Assembly (NCBI GenBank): GCA_963764165.1
Contig: CAVXRD010000002.1
Span: forward strand, 768,001 to 832,000
Direction of reading: 5' to 3'
DNA length: 64,000 nucleotides
Origin: an uncultured Verrucomicrobiae bacterium
Lineage (GTDB): Bacteria; Verrucomicrobiota; Verrucomicrobiia; Limisphaerales; Palsa-1400
In this document: positions 37,471 to 47,813 of the stretch, in pieces
Layout of the letters: every line of letters starts with the position of its first letter
How positions within the stretch are numbered: position 1 is the stretch's first letter
Notes under the pieces: model-generated
The model's database searches: none
The model's input: the letters and a program-made list of their open reading frames with translations, nothing else
What the model was told of the DNA's origin: nothing
Program-made: the position numbers and the translations under genes

Positions 37471-39683
37471 TAGTTTTTCGCGGGAATCAGGAGCGGGAAT
37501 TTTTCGGGCGAAAGGAAGATGTCTTGTTTGCGCTCGCTTGCGTCCAGGGCAGGCCCTTCGCCTAAAATGTAAAAGTGTCTCATGCGCAAGTAAGACGCCG
37601 CGGGCCACATGCTGGCATCCACATAACCGGAAGGGAAAATATCCACAAAGGTGGTTTCCGGGCGGCAGTAAATAATGTTCGCCATCGCCGCGCCGTGCGC
37701 TCCAACGACGCATTCAGCTTCCGAAAATACCGCGCGCTGCTGGGCCACGGTCAATTTGTCGGTCAATACTTTTTCAAAACCGCGAAGTTGAAGATAGCGA
37801 AAGGCTTCGTCCTCATTAATCCATCTCCGAAATGCCGTCGCTCCGCGACCAACAAAAAGCCGGCGCGCCGGCTTTCCACCATTGGGCGGCGCCAGGCCGT
37901 GGAGGAAACGGCACGTCCAATTGGAGACATGATATTGGCTCGGTTTCATTGAGGGCACCACCAATCGCCCGGCCTCGATATGGGTGCGAGCGCCGGTTTG
38001 AATCATTTTTTCCCGGGGAATGCCAGCCGCGGCCAAAGTCTCCATCTGGAATGACTGGCCAGTGTGATTGACAAGATAGAAATCAACTTTGTCGGGCGTG
38101 AATCCCGCTCTCTCCAGAAGGTGAAGGCGGGGCAAAAGATCAAAAGTCCAATGCCAATAATTATTGGCCGCCTCCGCAGTCGAGAGCACCGCCACCGTGC
38201 CTTTGATTGTTGCGCATCCCGGCAGCTTGACCACGGAACGAATGCGGTGATGCTTCAGGCCTAGCACGTCCGGGGAAACATCTGCCAAAAGCTTATCATC
38301 CGGCGATATGACGAACCCTCCGTAGCATCCCCAGAAGCGCGCGCCCGGCAGTTCAAATACCCGCGCGGGTGGAATCTCTTTGTGCTGTTCCTGTTTGAAC
38401 TTCCAATGGGCCTCTCCGCCTTCAAGCGGAACCGGCAGCGTGTATTCGATTTTCTCCGGGGGATATATTTCGCGCGCGCTGCTGCCACTGCTCTTGCCGG
38501 CCGGGGAATTTGCGAATTGATCCGCGGTTTCGTAATACCCTTTCGGCCTGCCAAAATATTTTGAGCTGACCGGAATTTTTGCGACGGGGAGAATGCGCAA
38601 AAAAGTTCGGTAAGCGCGAATCAATCCCCAAACCCAGCGAAATTGGGAACGGACTTTGTGATACCAGCGCTTCACTCCGATCTTAAACGAATGTTTCTTG
38701 ATCTCCTGCTCAAACGCATCGAGGTAACGGCGCGCCACCGCCGCCTTCTTGAACTTGCGCAGATGCTCCCCGCCATCGGCTGCGCCGTTGGTGGCGGCCA
38801 GCGCCGTTTTGAGGGCAGTAGCGAGTTCGCCCGCGTCGCCGCGTTTGAAAACAATGGCATTAGGCCCGGCGGCCTCAACCAACCCGCCGCTGTCGGCCAC
38901 AACCAAACGGCAGCCGCAGCCCAAGCCCTCCAGCGCCACAATGCCGAAAGGCTCCTGCCAGCGCGAAGGAACCACTTGAACCTTATGCTCGCGCAGCAAC
39001 ACCGCCATCTTTTCGGGCTTTTGATTTCCTGTGAACGTCACAAAATCCGATATGCCGAGCTTCGCCGCGGACTGCTCCAAACTCGCTTTGTCCGAGCCAT
39101 CCCCAACAACCGTCAACCTCGATTGGTCCCCCGCTTCGTGAATGTCTTTTAGCGCTGTCAATAATAAATCAACGCCCTTGTCGCTCACCAGCCGCCCAGC
39201 GAATATCAAGTCTTTGCGGTTTCGATGTTCATCCGCCGCGTGGAAAAGTTCGTCATCGTAGGGGTTGCCGATAATTTCCGAAGGCACCGGAAGCCTTTCC
39301 GCAATGGCGGCGCTCACCGCCAGATTTTTCGCGAATTTCAATGAGCGCCGCTTCAGCGTTCCCTGCCAGCGATTGTCTTCCGCCATCCAAACGTGGTGAG
39401 CCGCGACCCAAGGCCGCCGCACGAACAAAAGCGGCCATGCGAAATTAATGGAAACGTTGTTGTGGAAAACCACGTCAGCCCACAAATGCCATTTCAAAAG
39501 TTTCAACCCACCTGGCCGGCGGGCCACCTCGTATGAGAACGCATCCGCGCCCCTTGCCGCCTCCTGCGTGACCACCCGCACTTCGTGTCCGGCGCGAACG
39601 AATTCCTCCGCCATCAATCGCGCCACCGTTTCTATCCCTCCGACGCCGGGGGAAAAAACGTAGGATACGAAAAGAATTCTCAT
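37470..39683 (-). CDS. Fusion of GT4 and GT61 (DUF563) glycosyltransferases
   Basis: N half GRLVSDKG, EPFGIVALE; C half NYWHWTFDLLPRL, VGAHGAAMAN. Confidence 0.85.
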   Translation of the reverse strand: MRILFVSYVFSPGVGGIETVARLMAEEFVRAGHEVRVVTQEAARGADAFSYEVARRPGGLKLLKWHLWADVVFHNNVSINFAWPLLFVRRPWVAAHHVWMAEDNRWQGTLKRRSLKFAKNLAVSAAIAERLPVPSEIIGNPYDDELFHAADEHRNRKDLIFAGRLVSDKGVDLLLTALKDIHEAGDQSRLTVVGDGSDKASLEQSAAKLGISDFVTFTGNQKPEKMAVLLREHKVQVVPSRWQEPFGIVALEGLGCGCRLVVADSGGLVEAAGPNAIVFKRGDAGELATALKTALAATNGAADGGEHLRKFKKAAVARRYLDAFEQEIKKHSFKIGVKRWYHKVRSQFRWVWGLIRAYRTFLRILPVAKIPVSSKYFGRPKGYYETADQFANSPAGKSSGSSAREIYPPEKIEYTLPVPLEGGEAHWKFKQEQHKEIPPARVFELPGARFWGCYGGFVISPDDKLLADVSPDVLGLKHHRIRSVVKLPGCATIKGTVAVLSTAEAANNYWHWTFDLLPRLHLLERAGFTPDKVDFYLVNHTGQSFQMETLAAAGIPREKMIQTGARTHIEAGRLVVPSMKPSQYHVSNWTCRFLHGLAPPNGGKPARRLFVGRGATAFRRWINEDEAFRYLQLRGFEKVLTDKLTVAQQRAVFSEAECVVGAHGAAMANIIYCRPETTFVDIFPSGYVDASMWPAASYLRMRHFYILGEGPALDASERKQDIFLSPEKFPLLIPAKN

Positions 39684-40819
39684 GGCGCGGCCCGCTGAAG
39701 CGAGCGGCAAAATTCGGCGGCCACACTGGAGCGGCGTGATTCCGGGATGCTTCGCCGGGCCTGGACCAGCCGGCTCTCAAACTCCGAGTTAAGCGGAACA
39801 ATCCGCGGGTTTTCCGAAGGCGTCGCCTCCAGGCCGATACGAATCTCGTTTCGAGTCACTATGACGGGAAGTCCGTGCTCGAGCATGGCCGCCGCCGCGC
39901 CACTCTTGCCAAACAAGCGCCACGGCACCGTGGCCACGCCGAAATCCACCGCGTCCAAAAATTCGGAAATTTGACTTTCCGAGCGCTCTCCAAATCGCAG
40001 GACTTGAACCCGCCCGCGAAACCGTTCCTGCGCCTTGGCCAAAGCCAACTCGCCCGCGCCATGCCGTCCGATGGCGGCCAGGATGACTTTCTTATTCTTC
40101 TTGTCGGCAATGGGAAGCACCCGTTCCAGCAATTCAGTGGCGTCCCAAACCGGCGGGATGCCGCCAAAAACACCAAAAATCCAATACTGCCCTCGCGCCG
40201 ATTTGGCCACACCCGCTCCGGCCAGCTCCTGCTCCATCCATTTGCTGTCCCCATCGGAAATCTGGATGTTGCCGAACAGCGGCAATTCCGCAGCCGCGAT
40301 TTTTTCCCGCGCCAGCATGTGCCGGTAGGCGGCATTGGTGGTGTTGACGACGCGAGGCTTGACCACCCTGAGCCAGTCCAGAATATATTGCTTTTGCAAA
40401 CGGCCAATAATTCTGTCCTTTAGCGGCGATCCCTGGGCGGCGCCGATCCATAGTTCGTGGCACATGACATGGACCTTGCGCCCCTCGATCAGCGGCTGGC
40501 AAATGCGGGCAAATCCGCGCGCCAGCCCTTTTGGATGGATTCCATACGAAACAAATTGAAAACTCACCCATTCCGCTTTCATCGCGCCCAAAAATTTGGC
40601 CGTGATTTCGATCCGCGATTTCCAATCGGCTTTTTGCGGGAGGCGCAGCATGGGAAGCGGCGATTCGATCAATTTTTCTGTGTCAACAAATGAGTCGTTA
40701 ATCGCCACGATTCCGGCCTGGTGCCCCAGCGCCACGAGTTCCTCGGCGAGGCCGCGGCAGTAATCGCCGACGCCATCGCGCCCGGGTTCCAGGCAGGCGC
40801 AAAGAAACACACAATTCAC
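39680..40819 (-). CDS. GT-B fold glycosyltransferase
   Basis: EPGRDGVGDY, HELWIG, KSGAAAAMLEHGLPV. Confidence 0.75.
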   Translation of the reverse strand: MNCVFLCACLEPGRDGVGDYCRGLAEELVALGHQAGIVAINDSFVDTEKLIESPLPMLRLPQKADWKSRIEITAKFLGAMKAEWVSFQFVSYGIHPKGLARGFARICQPLIEGRKVHVMCHELWIGAAQGSPLKDRIIGRLQKQYILDWLRVVKPRVVNTTNAAYRHMLAREKIAAAELPLFGNIQISDGDSKWMEQELAGAGVAKSARGQYWIFGVFGGIPPVWDATELLERVLPIADKKNKKVILAAIGRHGAGELALAKAQERFRGRVQVLRFGERSESQISEFLDAVDFGVATVPWRLFGKSGAAAAMLEHGLPVIVTRNEIRIGLEATPSENPRIVPLNSEFESRLVQARRSIPESRRSSVAAEFCRSLQRAAP

Positions 40820-42033
40820 GGCGTGGAGTCGGCCATTTTATTTCGCCCAAGGCGTTCCAAGCCTTCGCGGTAGGCAGCCATCGTTTCCACGGCGATGTTC
40901 TTCCATCGGAATCGTCCCGCCACTGAAATGCATTCTTCGGAGACGCCGGCAAATTGCAACGGTGGCAGTTGCAGCAAATTCGCAACCGCGGCGGCGAATT
41001 TTTTGGCGTCGCCCGGGGGCGTTAACATTGTCTCGCTCATTCCGCGCAGCATCGTCCGCGGACCCGGCACGTCGTAGGCGGCCACGGGCATTCCCGAGGC
41101 CAGCATTTCAAGCACGCTGAAACCAAATCCCTCGATGTAGCTCGGCAGCGCGCCCGCCGTCGCGGAAGAAATGAGCGCGGGCAATTCGTCGCTGGCAAAC
41201 TTGGGAATGACTTCAATCCAATCGCACGCGGGCAATCCCAGATCACCGAGGACAGAATCGATGCTCACGCTGACTCCGAGAAATAAGAATTTCGCGCCGG
41301 GAACGCTTTCCTTCACTAGTCGAATAATGGCTCCCCAATCCAACGAGCCTTTCCGCCGGCTCCAGGCGCCAACGAACGCCACAGTTTTATTCGCCAGGCG
41401 CTGGTTCGCCGGTCGCCGCGCCGCCGCGAACGCCTCCATTCGCGCATCACTCAAGCCGCCGGGAATGGCGCGCGCTTTTTCGCCAAAACCGAGTTTCTCA
41501 TCGACGTATTGGCGTTCGTCCTCGTTCATCAGGGCAATCAAATCCGCGGCTTGAAAACTTCGCAGCGGAAAATCGCCGGTTCGGCGCTGCGAGAGTTTCC
41601 CGATGGCAAAATGGAACGAGGATTTCCAGTTGCGCGGCTGCGGCCATTTGCGCGCCGACTCCGCGTCAAACTCCGCGTAAAACGGCATCAGGCCAATCGA
41701 GCGCGCCACCAGCAGCCCATCAAAATTCATCTCGCGCTTGGTCACGGGCAAATTCGACTCCAGCGCATCAATGACATCGAAGCGTTTTGCGTTTTTTCTG
41801 ACAAATGCAACAGCGCGACTGCTAAAAAATTGCGGGCGAAATAATTCTGTAAAGCGGCTCAAGGGCTTTCCCGGGAAAGCGTCGAAGAAATCAAATTTTT
41901 CGACCTGATGGCCCATCGCTTTGAATTCTTCGGCCAGCTCCATTTGAATTCTCGCGCCTCCCAGCTCGCGGCGCCACGGCGCGTGGAGCAGCATGAGAAT
42001 CCGCAACGGGCGATCAAATTTATTTTCACTCAC
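40816..42033 (-). CDS. Glycosyltransferase family 4
   Basis: FVGAWSRRKG, EGFGFSVLEMLASG. Confidence 0.88.
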   Translation of the reverse strand: MSENKFDRPLRILMLLHAPWRRELGGARIQMELAEEFKAMGHQVEKFDFFDAFPGKPLSRFTELFRPQFFSSRAVAFVRKNAKRFDVIDALESNLPVTKREMNFDGLLVARSIGLMPFYAEFDAESARKWPQPRNWKSSFHFAIGKLSQRRTGDFPLRSFQAADLIALMNEDERQYVDEKLGFGEKARAIPGGLSDARMEAFAAARRPANQRLANKTVAFVGAWSRRKGSLDWGAIIRLVKESVPGAKFLFLGVSVSIDSVLGDLGLPACDWIEVIPKFASDELPALISSATAGALPSYIEGFGFSVLEMLASGMPVAAYDVPGPRTMLRGMSETMLTPPGDAKKFAAAVANLLQLPPLQFAGVSEECISVAGRFRWKNIAVETMAAYREGLERLGRNKMADSTP

Positions 42034-42988
42034 TGCCAGATCTATTTGCAGCCACGGAAATCTCGCGCAGAAATTCCTGCGCTTTTTTTCGGCCGGCTTT
42101 TTCAGAGAGAAACATTTTTTTATCAAAGGACGACATTCGGATGAATCGCGGAATTTGCCGCATTTTTTGAAAAAGCGTTTCCGGCGTTGAGCTTTGTTTG
42201 AATCGAATCGCCTTCAGCACTTCGTCGGAAAATGCCATGCCCTCCAAGAGCCGCAAAAAATAGGGACGCGTCAGCCGAGTGGGCGGAATGAGATGCCGAA
42301 GTTTCAGCCGCACAGTCTGCCCAACTCCGAATCCCATATCGCACGCGGTCCACGCAATGTCGGTGTCACCGGAGGACGACAAACTTGAACCACGCCGGTC
42401 AAGGGCCTGGCGGGCAGGTTCATTGGCGACTAATCGCGCATATTCCGCCGCTACAGATTTCCGGACGCACATTCCGGCTCCGCACGGGAGGCAGCGCGAG
42501 TCGTAATTGTTCGACCACGCGTCCCGCTCGAAACTTCGCGAGCCAAGCATCCACCAGTAGGCGCGCGTCCAATCCGCCGGGGGCGTTTCAAATTCCAGCG
42601 CCACCTCCCCGCCCCAGGCGCCGATCATGGGCCATTGCTGGGCAACCTTCAGCGCCTCGGCCAAGTAATCCGGCGCGAGCAAGTTATCATCATCAACAAA
42701 AACCACCAGATCGGAGGACGATTCTCGAATCCCGCGCACGCGAGCCCATGTCAAGCCCAGCTTATCCTCGCGGATAATCCGGCCTGCACGGTGCCAGGAG
42801 ACATCGATTTTGCCTGCGAGGGCGGGATTCGATCCGTTGTCGATGACGAGCAATTCCCATTGGGACTGCGCAAGCGTTTGCTCTCGCACGAGCGCCATGA
42901 CTTTCGCCAATCGCCCCAAATCCGGATTGTGCGCGCAGATGATAACCGAAACATCGAGCTTCGCGCCCCCTGAAACATTCTCACGCAT
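42026..42988 (-). CDS. Glycosyltransferase family 2
   Basis: SVIICAHNP, VIDNGS, FVDDDN. Confidence 0.92.
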   Translation of the reverse strand: MRENVSGGAKLDVSVIICAHNPDLGRLAKVMALVREQTLAQSQWELLVIDNGSNPALAGKIDVSWHRAGRIIREDKLGLTWARVRGIRESSSDLVVFVDDDNLLAPDYLAEALKVAQQWPMIGAWGGEVALEFETPPADWTRAYWWMLGSRSFERDAWSNNYDSRCLPCGAGMCVRKSVAAEYARLVANEPARQALDRRGSSLSSSGDTDIAWTACDMGFGVGQTVRLKLRHLIPPTRLTRPYFLRLLEGMAFSDEVLKAIRFKQSSTPETLFQKMRQIPRFIRMSSFDKKMFLSEKAGRKKAQEFLREISVAANRSGSE

Positions 42989-43853
42989 CGCGCCAAAAGA
43001 GATCCTTCGCTCCGGCGTAGTGCCGCACCAAACATGTCACCTTTTCCTTCAGCGAGAAATTATCGGACAAAGTTGTAGCCACTTCTGTCGTCTCAAATAA
43101 TCGCCCGCCGGATTTTTGGAACGCATGGGCAATCAGGGTTTGTTCGATATGCGTCGATGCGTTTTTGGCAAATGGCTCGGCCAGGGCGTATAAATTCGCG
43201 TCCAATGCCGCGGGCAGAATATTCCGTGAATAATACAGGAAACCGCAGTTCAGCGGCGGCGCCGAGAAAATGCCGGCGCGCAAGGCGTCAGCGACATCTC
43301 GATCATAGGAATAGCCGTAATCGCGCCCGGCGAGAATCGTGGGATTGGATTTCAACATTTGCTCGAGACGGGAAATAAAATCCCCCTTCCACAATACATC
43401 GGCATCCGACAGCAGAATTGCGGATTTCCGATTAGCCGCCACCGTGACGGCGAACTTCCTGGCGTAGCCACCCCAAGGCCTGGACTCTTTCCAGACTTCC
43501 ACGAATCGTTTTTCAATCGGCTGCAGTTCATCAAAGAAGCTTTTCCAATGAAAAATTTTCAACCCCTCGGTTTTGCACGAGACAACGGACTTCAATTTCT
43601 CCACGCACGAACCCGAATCTCCCGCCAGCCAAATCACCGGCGGCTTCGCGGTGAATTGGCGCATCGATCTGAGCGAATAAAGCAAGAGCGGGATGTCTTT
43701 CTCCATCGTCACCATCAGCAATGGCGGCAGATCGCTCCGAAATTCCCAGCTCCAATCCAGCCGCGTCAGGCGCTTCTTCTTGACAGATTCCAGCTTGCGG
43801 CAATATCCAAAAAACAGGCGAAACTTGAGGCTGTTTATCAGTCGTTGGATCAC
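42981..43853 (-). CDS. Putative GT-A fold nucleotide-sugar transferase
   Basis: RKF...LLSDADVLW, LNCGFLY, EQT, RHY; start uncertain. Confidence 0.6.
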   Translation of the reverse strand: MIQRLINSLKFRLFFGYCRKLESVKKKRLTRLDWSWEFRSDLPPLLMVTMEKDIPLLLYSLRSMRQFTAKPPVIWLAGDSGSCVEKLKSVVSCKTEGLKIFHWKSFFDELQPIEKRFVEVWKESRPWGGYARKFAVTVAANRKSAILLSDADVLWKGDFISRLEQMLKSNPTILAGRDYGYSYDRDVADALRAGIFSAPPLNCGFLYYSRNILPAALDANLYALAEPFAKNASTHIEQTLIAHAFQKSGGRLFETTEVATTLSDNFSLKEKVTCLVRHYAGAKDLFWRDA

Positions 43854-43884
43854 AGGCGCGCATCCTTCAATCGAACCGTTGCCA

Positions 43885-45051
43885 TCATGCCGCCTGCGCC
43901 CGGCCTTGAGAAATCGATTTTGCCCACTTTTCGATGGCCGCGCCCATGGTCTGCGCGTCAAATACAAAATTATCGTCCGTGCGCGGATCTTCGCTGCGAT
44001 AAAAATAGTAGTTCAGTTCCTTCTCGCAGCACAGGGTCCAGTAATCGTTGTTGTCGGCCCCGTAAGGGCAAATCTCGAGAACGTGCGCGCCGGGCGCGCA
44101 AAATGCCAGGTTCGTCAACGCAGCCCCGTGAAGGGCGACAATCATTTTCGCGCCGCGAAACCATCTGACGGTTTCCCGAAACGTTTGCCTCGATGGCACC
44201 AGCAGCTTGAATCCCAGTCTCTCCAGAAAACGGGCGAACTCATCGTTGTTCAGCATCGTCCGAACCTTCGAATCACGGCGATCAATATAAATGCGCTCTG
44301 GAGTCGGGGTGGATTCGCGCGGGACGAGGCTTTCGAGATAATCGGCCATCCACCGGCGCGGAAAGCCGATGCGGTTCGGTATGCTCGGAACGTGTAATTC
44401 GTCGCACGACAAGTATTCCACTTTATCGGTTTCAACAATTTTCTCCGCCGGAATTCCGGCGAGTTTGAGTGTTTCAAGCTGGAAAGGCATCTGCGTTGAG
44501 TTGACAAAGAAATGATCGATTTCACCCAGCGACAAACCCGCCATTTGGAACAGCCGGATCCTGGGCAGCAAATCCATCAGCCAGTGATAAAAGTTGCTGG
44601 ACGAAAAAAGGGCGCTCAGCAAAAGCCCTGTCCCTTTGAAATGCTCGCGCTTTGGAAAGAGAATTTGTTTCTGAACGCGGTTCTGGTCATACGGCGCGTT
44701 AAACGGCCATGGAGGCGACACGTCTCCTAAAATCCAACCGTCATGCGTGATCACGGTGGCATCCGTGCGATAAAATTTTCCGCCCGGCAGCTTGATGACA
44801 AAGGTCGGATTGTTGCGCCATTTTTTGCACCATTCGAATGCGGTCTGCGGCGGGGTGGTGATGGAGATGGGCTCGCGCTTTGCGAACAATGAAACTGGAT
44901 GAAGCGCCCAAAACCGCTCTTGCCGCTCGACCGAGGGAAGCGCGCAGGTATCGAGCCAGTTGCGCGAACACGGATTCACCTTCAATGTTTGAAACGAGTC
45001 CTCGTTGAAGGCCCAGGGCGCTTGCTTTAACAATCGTCGGAGGCGCTCCAT
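43885..45051 (-). CDS. GT61 (DUF563) glycosyltransferase
   Basis: NFYHWLMDLLPRI, RIYIDR, ALHGAALTN. Confidence 0.85.
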   Translation of the reverse strand: MERLRRLLKQAPWAFNEDSFQTLKVNPCSRNWLDTCALPSVERQERFWALHPVSLFAKREPISITTPPQTAFEWCKKWRNNPTFVIKLPGGKFYRTDATVITHDGWILGDVSPPWPFNAPYDQNRVQKQILFPKREHFKGTGLLLSALFSSSNFYHWLMDLLPRIRLFQMAGLSLGEIDHFFVNSTQMPFQLETLKLAGIPAEKIVETDKVEYLSCDELHVPSIPNRIGFPRRWMADYLESLVPRESTPTPERIYIDRRDSKVRTMLNNDEFARFLERLGFKLLVPSRQTFRETVRWFRGAKMIVALHGAALTNLAFCAPGAHVLEICPYGADNNDYWTLCCEKELNYYFYRSEDPRTDDNFVFDAQTMGAAIEKWAKSISQGRAQAA

Positions 45052-45055
45052 GGCG

Positions 45056-45898
45056 TCAGGGAGATCCAGCCAGCGTGCGCGACCGGAGACAAAGCCATTT
45101 CATTTGAACGCCGCGGCATTCCTGCACGAGGCGTTTCTTCAGCCATCGTTCCGCTCCGTCCAACTCGGGATAATTGTATGTGTCCACCTTGAATTCATCA
45201 TCGACAGAAAGCACCGCTTCCATGAAATGCGTCGCCGCAAACAGTTCGCACAAATGCTCCGATGTTCCCGGGCACGCGCGATCATGCGTTTCAATCAGCA
45301 GGTGAAAATTCCTTAAAGCAGGCACCGTCTCGGCGGAAAACAAAAACCGCTCCGTCCCTTCGCAGTCGGAGATGACCAGCCCGGAAGCTCCACTCGTGAG
45401 CGAAGCCAGGCATGCCGCGTCGCAAACCGAGCGCAATTCAACTCTTTCCGCGACGCCGTTTTTGCGCGCCATGCGCTCGCACAATTCGCGGGCTTTCGGA
45501 TCAATGTCGAAGGCAATCACTTTGGCGCCCTTGCACCGAAGCGCGAAGCCAACCGCGTAGTAACCTTCCGCGCAGCCAACATCAATCACCAGCGGCAGCG
45601 GCTGCCGGCAAAATTCCTCAACCACCGGATGCAGTTCGCGCTCGTAGCAGCCAAGCAACTTTGGATAGAGAAAGCTGCCCACGGCCTCGAGGTCGGGATA
45701 TTCCATTCCTTGAAACGGGCCGTGCCGCACTTTTTTATCGGGGAAAATTTTGGCCGCGAATTCCTGCGTGGTCGTGTCGAGGGCCGCTGCGCGCTGAATC
45801 GAAACATATTCCGCCACGCGCACAACACTGCCATTGAGCGCGTTCCACAATCCCGGGCGTCCCACGGCGGAGCGAACCCATTTCTCAAAGCGCTTCAA
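45056..45898 (-). CDS. Class I SAM-dependent methyltransferase
   Basis: PKLLGCYEREL, IDVGCAEGYY, DCEGTE; TTGA overlap start. Confidence 0.85.
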   Translation of the reverse strand: MKRFEKWVRSAVGRPGLWNALNGSVVRVAEYVSIQRAAALDTTTQEFAAKIFPDKKVRHGPFQGMEYPDLEAVGSFLYPKLLGCYERELHPVVEEFCRQPLPLVIDVGCAEGYYAVGFALRCKGAKVIAFDIDPKARELCERMARKNGVAERVELRSVCDAACLASLTSGASGLVISDCEGTERFLFSAETVPALRNFHLLIETHDRACPGTSEHLCELFAATHFMEAVLSVDDEFKVDTYNYPELDGAERWLKKRLVQECRGVQMKWLCLRSRTLAGSP

Positions 45899-46908
45899 GC
45901 CTTTCCCTCCCCGCTCGCCCGCGCGCGCCAGCCGCCGCCAAAATAGCTGTAAGGCCAGCACGTCATGGCCGGAATTTGAACCGACGGATTTTTTATTCTC
46001 CGGATGGCGCGATAGACCTGTGTAAACAAGAAATATCCCGGATTCCACGCGCTGTTCACCACCGCCGAAACCAGTGAGCGGGGCAATCCGTAATCCACAA
46101 TCCAGCGCAGCTTGGTCGTTTCGCGCTGATAGTGGAAGCCTTTGTCCCAATTTGAGAAAAAGTGCGCGACAAACGAATGATACGTTTTTTGCTGCGTCTC
46201 GCATCGGAAAAGGTGATGCGGCAAATCCCAGGAAACCTTCCCTTCACCGAGTTGGACCGGACCAATCTGGCGGCGCAGGTCGTAGTCCTCAATGCAGCCC
46301 AGATTATGCTCGGAGAGCGCTATGCAAAAGCAGGGCTCGTCGCCCCCTCTTAAAAACCATTCACGCGACAAATTCAATTTGGGACCGAGGATGTCAACCT
46401 GTTGCAGCACCTCGATCGCGCGGTTCGAGATCGATTGCGCCAGGGGACTGCGGTTGAAGTAATAAACGCCGCCATTGTAGCGGGGGATTTCCTTCTTGCC
46501 AGACAGCCGGCAATAATGCGCGATATCAAACCACATATCGCCCTCGCTCATCATGTGGCCGAGCACGCCAACGGGATGGACACTGAGCGTTTTCCACAGG
46601 TCATCGAGCGGCCGAAGGGCCAGGCAATCCGCATCAATAAAAAGAGTCTCCTCAAACGGCGAGTAATCGTAAAGGTATACCTTCTGGCAAGTGCCGCCGC
46701 CGCGCTCCATGCGGCATTGTATGATGTGGTGAAAGTAGCGGCGCAGTTCGGGATTCCCGGGCTGGTCCGTGACGATGGCCCGAGGCGCGTCCGGGTTTGT
46801 CACGATCAGAGAGCGCGCCAGGTTCAGGGCCTGCGCCAAATACCGTGGCTGGCCAAAGGCCATTGTCAATATCCCGCGGCCCGGAATGTATTTTGGATTT
46901 TCCGGCAC
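45895..46908 (-). CDS. GT8-like GT-A fold protein
   Basis: KVYLYDYSPFEETLFIDAD, YNGGVYYF, GDEP, HF. Confidence 0.65.
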   Translation of the reverse strand: MPENPKYIPGRGILTMAFGQPRYLAQALNLARSLIVTNPDAPRAIVTDQPGNPELRRYFHHIIQCRMERGGGTCQKVYLYDYSPFEETLFIDADCLALRPLDDLWKTLSVHPVGVLGHMMSEGDMWFDIAHYCRLSGKKEIPRYNGGVYYFNRSPLAQSISNRAIEVLQQVDILGPKLNLSREWFLRGGDEPCFCIALSEHNLGCIEDYDLRRQIGPVQLGEGKVSWDLPHHLFRCETQQKTYHSFVAHFFSNWDKGFHYQRETTKLRWIVDYGLPRSLVSAVVNSAWNPGYFLFTQVYRAIRRIKNPSVQIPAMTCWPYSYFGGGWRARASGEGKA

Positions 46909-46910
46909 GG

Positions 46911-47813
46911 CTAATTCTTCGCAAGTTTTAACATCTGGCCGAAGCGGACAATTTTCTTTGGCGAAAATCCGTCCGCGATCAAAAACCGGAAGGCGTAAAG
47001 CAGGCCGGTGTCGCGGTGCCCGCCCAAAAACGCGCGGCATGACCAATCCGCATAGAGATCGCTCAAAGTCACCGCGCCTCCCTCGGAAAACTCGAGATCA
47101 GGCTGCCCGAGATGGCGCTCGGAATAATACTCTGTCAGCAATTCACGCCGCAGCCGCTGCTGCGTGGCAAAATGTTTGACGTTCGTCCCGGCGGGATGCT
47201 GCCGGTATTGATAGAGCGCCTCGGTCAAATTCCCAAAATTGCCGTGGGCCGAAAGCCGCAAAAACAAATCCAGATCTTCAATGGATTTATACTTGTCACG
47301 ATAGGCGACAGCCTTGTAGGGCGCAGCCTGAAAAATAGCCGTCGCGTGCGTGACCGCCATGCTGTGGCCGCGGAGAAATTCCGCCATGATTTCCTTGTGC
47401 GACGCCGACGGCCTCATTTCGTAGAGCGGGCGGCGATGAGGATCCATATATAGCAGCCCCGTGCCGGACGCCACGATCTCCGGATTTTGCCGCATGAAGG
47501 CGAACTGCTTTTCCAGCCGCGTCGGAGTACAAGTGTCGTCGCCGTCCATGCGCGCGATCAAATTCCCCCGGGACATCGCAAGCGCTTCGTTCAGCGCGCC
47601 GCAGATGCCGGTATTGGGCCGGCTCTTGAATTGAATTCTCCCGTCGCGCCGCGCAAAGGTTTTGATGATTTCCAGGGAATCGTCCGTCGAACCGTCGTCA
47701 ATAATAATAAGTTCAAAATCCTTGAATGTCTGCGCCAGTGTACTCTCCAATGACGCGGCGAGGAACTTGCCGCAATTGAAGACCGGCATGATGACTGAGA
47801 TTTCCGGGATCAC
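46911..47813 (-). CDS. Glycosyltransferase family 2
   Basis: ISVIMPVFN, IDDGSTD, ARMDGDD, EDLDLF. Confidence 0.92.
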   Translation of the reverse strand: MIPEISVIMPVFNCGKFLAASLESTLAQTFKDFELIIIDDGSTDDSLEIIKTFARRDGRIQFKSRPNTGICGALNEALAMSRGNLIARMDGDDTCTPTRLEKQFAFMRQNPEIVASGTGLLYMDPHRRPLYEMRPSASHKEIMAEFLRGHSMAVTHATAIFQAAPYKAVAYRDKYKSIEDLDLFLRLSAHGNFGNLTEALYQYRQHPAGTNVKHFATQQRLRRELLTEYYSERHLGQPDLEFSEGGAVTLSDLYADWSCRAFLGGHRDTGLLYAFRFLIADGFSPKKIVRFGQMLKLAKN

